A DNA stretch of 23,696 bases from Octopus sinensis (Eukaryota). Below are positions 20,824-23,696 of the stretch, one piece after another. The notes below the pieces were generated by a model that was given only the letters and a program-made list of their open reading frames with translations, did not search any database and was not told the DNA's origin. Positions within the stretch are counted from its first letter, which is position 1, and every line of letters begins with the position of its first letter. Both the position numbers and the translations under genes were made by a program. The DNA lies in contig NW_021836558.1 in assembly GCF_006345805.1 (NCBI RefSeq), positions 1 through 23,696 of the forward strand, in the 5' to 3' direction.

Positions 20824-21354
20824 GTAAGAACTCCTTTTATTCTTTCTTTTATATAAACTACATCTTAATACTTAAGCATGGGTAAATGTCTTTTGTTTTG
20901 TTTGGTCTGGAGGACGAGCTTTCCCCATGGCCTTCACAGACTCACCAAGATTAGACAGGCTGATGCTGTTAACTGATGCAAATCGACAAATGCTGGAAAA
21001 ACACGTACATGGTAAAAATTCCAGAAGGTTCATATTTTGGAGAGAAAGGAAGTGAGACTAGTGCCTCTTTTTGTGATAATTTAATTTTTTCTGTTTATCT
21101 GAAGTTGATGTATTTATCATTGTTTACAGCAAAATACAATGAAAGAATTGAAACCAGAAAGAAAGCTAAAACCACACACAGTTATCATATCGTGTTTACT
21201 TGACTTACCTGAGCGGCCAGGTAGCTAATTCGTTAATTGTAAACCTTATCTGCAGAATGTAATGCCATTAGATAACTGTAAAAATATAATTTTAAACACC
21301 TTCCACGCTGCAATTGTTTATAATTTTTAAGTTTTTCATAAAATTTCGCGACGT

Positions 21355-21720
21355 TGGCTGTGTGATTAAGCCGCTCGCTTTGAAACCATGTGGTTTTGGG
21401 TTCAATCACACTGCGGGGCACATTGAGAAAATGTCTTTTACTATAGCTTGGGACAGCCAAATCTTTCTGAATGGGTTTTGGTAGATGGAAACTGAGCTGA
21501 AGCCCGAAATATTTGCCTGTTTGTGTCTTTCTGTTCGTGATTGTCCCCCACTTCAATCACCTGACAGCTGATGTTGGTTTGCTTAGCGGCTCAGCAAAAG
21601 AGACCGATAGAATAAGTAGCAAGCTTTTAAATATATATACTGAGGTCTATTTGTTCGTCTATATCCTTCAAGGCGGTGCCCCAGCGTGGCCACCGTCCAC
21701 TGACTAAAACAATTAAAAAA
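21355..21720 (+). mobile_element. SINE family A, old diverged copy
   Basis: Recognisable head, GGTAGATGGAAACTGA, GATAGAATAAGTA and AAGGCGGTGCCCCAGC blocks. Confidence 0.75.
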
Positions 21721-21988
21721 TAGCAGATAACAGATAACACGATATTGCAGGAAGATACATTTTTCAAAGCCTACCTCATGTCACCTAAAACCCGAGGACA
21801 TGACACTACTGACACGCATGTCATAGGTTCGACTCCACTGGGGGGAGTGAAGTGAGATCAGACAAACGGGAGGGGACGAGGCATTTGGTGTAAGAATTTT
21901 AAAAATGTTAAAAGGGCGGCATGTGTGTTGGCCAGAGATGAAAGTGTGTTTGTGAGCAACATCATGTCTTACAATATTTTGACAAGAC

Positions 21989-22200
21989 GGCGAGCTGGCT
22001 GAACCGTTAGCACGCTGGGTAAAATGCTTAGCGGCATTTCGTCCGTCTTAACTTTCTGAGTTCAAATTCCGCCGAGGCTGTCTTTCCCTTTCATCTTTTC
22101 GAGGTTGATGGAATAAGCACCATTTGAATACTGGGACCGATGTAATCGACTTACTTCCTCCCCTGTAATCGCTGGCCTTGTGCAAAAATTTGAAACCAAT
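21989..22200 (+). mobile_element. tRNA-derived SINE family C (Meta-domain-like centre)
   Basis: B box GAGTTCAAATTCC and central CCTTTCATCTTTTCGAGGTTGATGGAATAAGCACC. Second copy at 8816-9020. The domain name is from memory. Confidence 0.75.
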
Positions 22201-22453
22201 TTTGTTACATGTCTTTGAATATGGACGACGGTATATGGGTATGTCCCAGGTCCCAGCAATAGATCCCAGATATAAAAATAATACATTCTGTGCTTCACTT
22301 TGGAGGGTTAACAGTTGTTGGGGACTGAAATATTTTGAAATATTTTGTGGTCTAGAATTAAAAGGCAACTCTTTGTGCTGCTGAATTTGAATTGACAATA
22401 ACTGGTTATGTTGTAATTGATATCTAAATGTACAGAGCATTGCTTTCCAGCTC

Positions 22454-22580
22454 CCATGGTTCCGGGTTCAGTCTCACTGCGTGGCACCTAAGCCAAATGT
22501 CTTTGATTATAGTCTTAGGCTATCTAAAGTCTTGTGAGTGGATTTGGTGAACGGAAACTAAAAGAAGCCTGTCGTATATA
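22454..22580 (+). mobile_element. SINE family A, 5' fragment, followed by (TG)n(TATG)n
   Basis: CCATGGTTCCGGGTTCAGTC...AAGAAGCCTGTCGTATA. Confidence 0.8.
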
Positions 22581-22592
22581 TATATATATGTG

Positions 22593-22628
<36 letters not shown>

Positions 22629-22715
22629 ATGTGTATGTATGTATGTATGTATGTATGTATGTATGTATGTATGTATGTATGTATGTATGTATGTATGTAT
22701 GTATGTATTTATGTA

Positions 22716-22844
22716 TCAGGCTGAGTAAAATGTAAGCAACATTTTCAAACACGAAATTCATTCACAATATATTTCAACAATGCGGACATTTTATTTATCA
22801 AAGTAAGTACCATTACAATCAACACATTTTTGACAACGAGTTAC
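22716..22844 (-). mobile_element. mariner transposon 3' end
   Basis: Minus frame 22844-22791 reads VTRCQKCVDCNGTYFDK*, matching the mariner C-terminal RWQKCV..NG.YF motif. The terminus abuts TA (22714-22715). Confidence 0.8.
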
Positions 22845-23484
22845 GTTTTCCAGCACAATTTTTCCAGACACCTTTCATGCATTTCTTTGTCACGGCCTCC
22901 CCAGCGGTACCAATATTCTTGATACACGTCAGGATATTGTACTTTTTCCAAAATTCTTGCAGTGATAGTTCTTGGTCGGCGACTATGGCTTGAACGAAGG
23001 TGGTTCGAAAATAGCTAGCCTTCAGTGTTGCAATCGAACCTTGATCCATTGGTTGGATGAGTGGAGTCGTGTTCAACGGGGGGGGGGGGAAACACCACTT
23101 TCACGTCGGGATAAAGATCCAATAGATGAGATGGATGTCCAAGCGCATTATCCAGAAGCAATAAAATCTTGAAAGGAATTCCTCTTTCCAAACAATATCC
23201 ACGAACTTGAGGAATAAAACAATTCAATAACCAGTCTTCAAACAGTCTTCTTGTCATCCATGCTTTAGGCTGAGAACGAAAGTAGACGGGTAATGTGTGT
23301 TTATCTACATTCTTGAACGCACGCGGGTTTTCTGGGTGGTAAATTAAGAAAGGTTTCAGCTTAAACCCTGTAATGTACCCGCCAAGCGTCAGAGTCAGTA
23401 TGTCCTTAAATACTTTAAATCCAGGCGTGCATTTGGCTTCGTTCTTGATATAAGTGCGTGCTGACATGCGTTTCCAAAATGCTC
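22845..23484 (-). pseudogene. Tigger/pogo-family DDE transposase fragment
   Basis: FWKRM...KLKPFLIYHPENPRAFKN...KAWMT..LFEDW...KILLLLDNALGHP...VFPPP / NTTPLIQPMDQG. Frameshift at the poly-G run (23078-23089); the N-terminus is missing. Confidence 0.93.
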
Positions 23485-23607
23485 CTGATGAGGATCTCAT
23501 CATCATCATCATCATGATTATGATGCAAAAATTAACATCAGATTACCTTGAATGTCATTCCTTCGATAAATAAAATAGCAGTAAAATACTGTGGGAGATT
23601 TTTGTCT

Positions 23608-23613
23608 TTCTCT

Positions 23614-23696
<83 letters not shown>
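23608..23696. repeat. (CT)n microsatellite
   Basis: Directly visible. Confidence 0.97.

Noticed and set aside
23488-23515. Poly-Met N-terminus of the transposase ORF
   Set aside because: Comes from a (CAT)n microsatellite adjacent to the truncated element.

Overview
AT-rich eukaryotic DNA, dense in microsatellites and interspersed repeats. The repeat make-up resembles octopus/cephalopod DNA (inference from recalled repeat families, not a search). Most ORFs in the supplied track are artefacts of microsatellites or SINEs. Supportable content: three families of tRNA-derived SINEs (about 15 copies), three non-autonomous Helitrons, decayed LINE 3' ends (two CR1/L2-type, one R4/Dong-type interrupted by a solo-LTR-like insert), mariner and Tigger/pogo transposase remnants, one probable host coding exon (20466-20823, +), and a candidate promoter with a non-coding first exon and a phased CRE-like array (9142-9371). 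The most striking signal is a set of short non-autonomous Penelope-like (PLE-like) elements, often fold-back or tandem, carrying minimal type I hammerhead ribozyme folds. Their catalytic cores covary at the 3-8 tertiary pair (C3-G8, G3-C8, U3-A8), and one family has a recurrent A6U core. All ribozyme calls come from hand-folding and none is tested.
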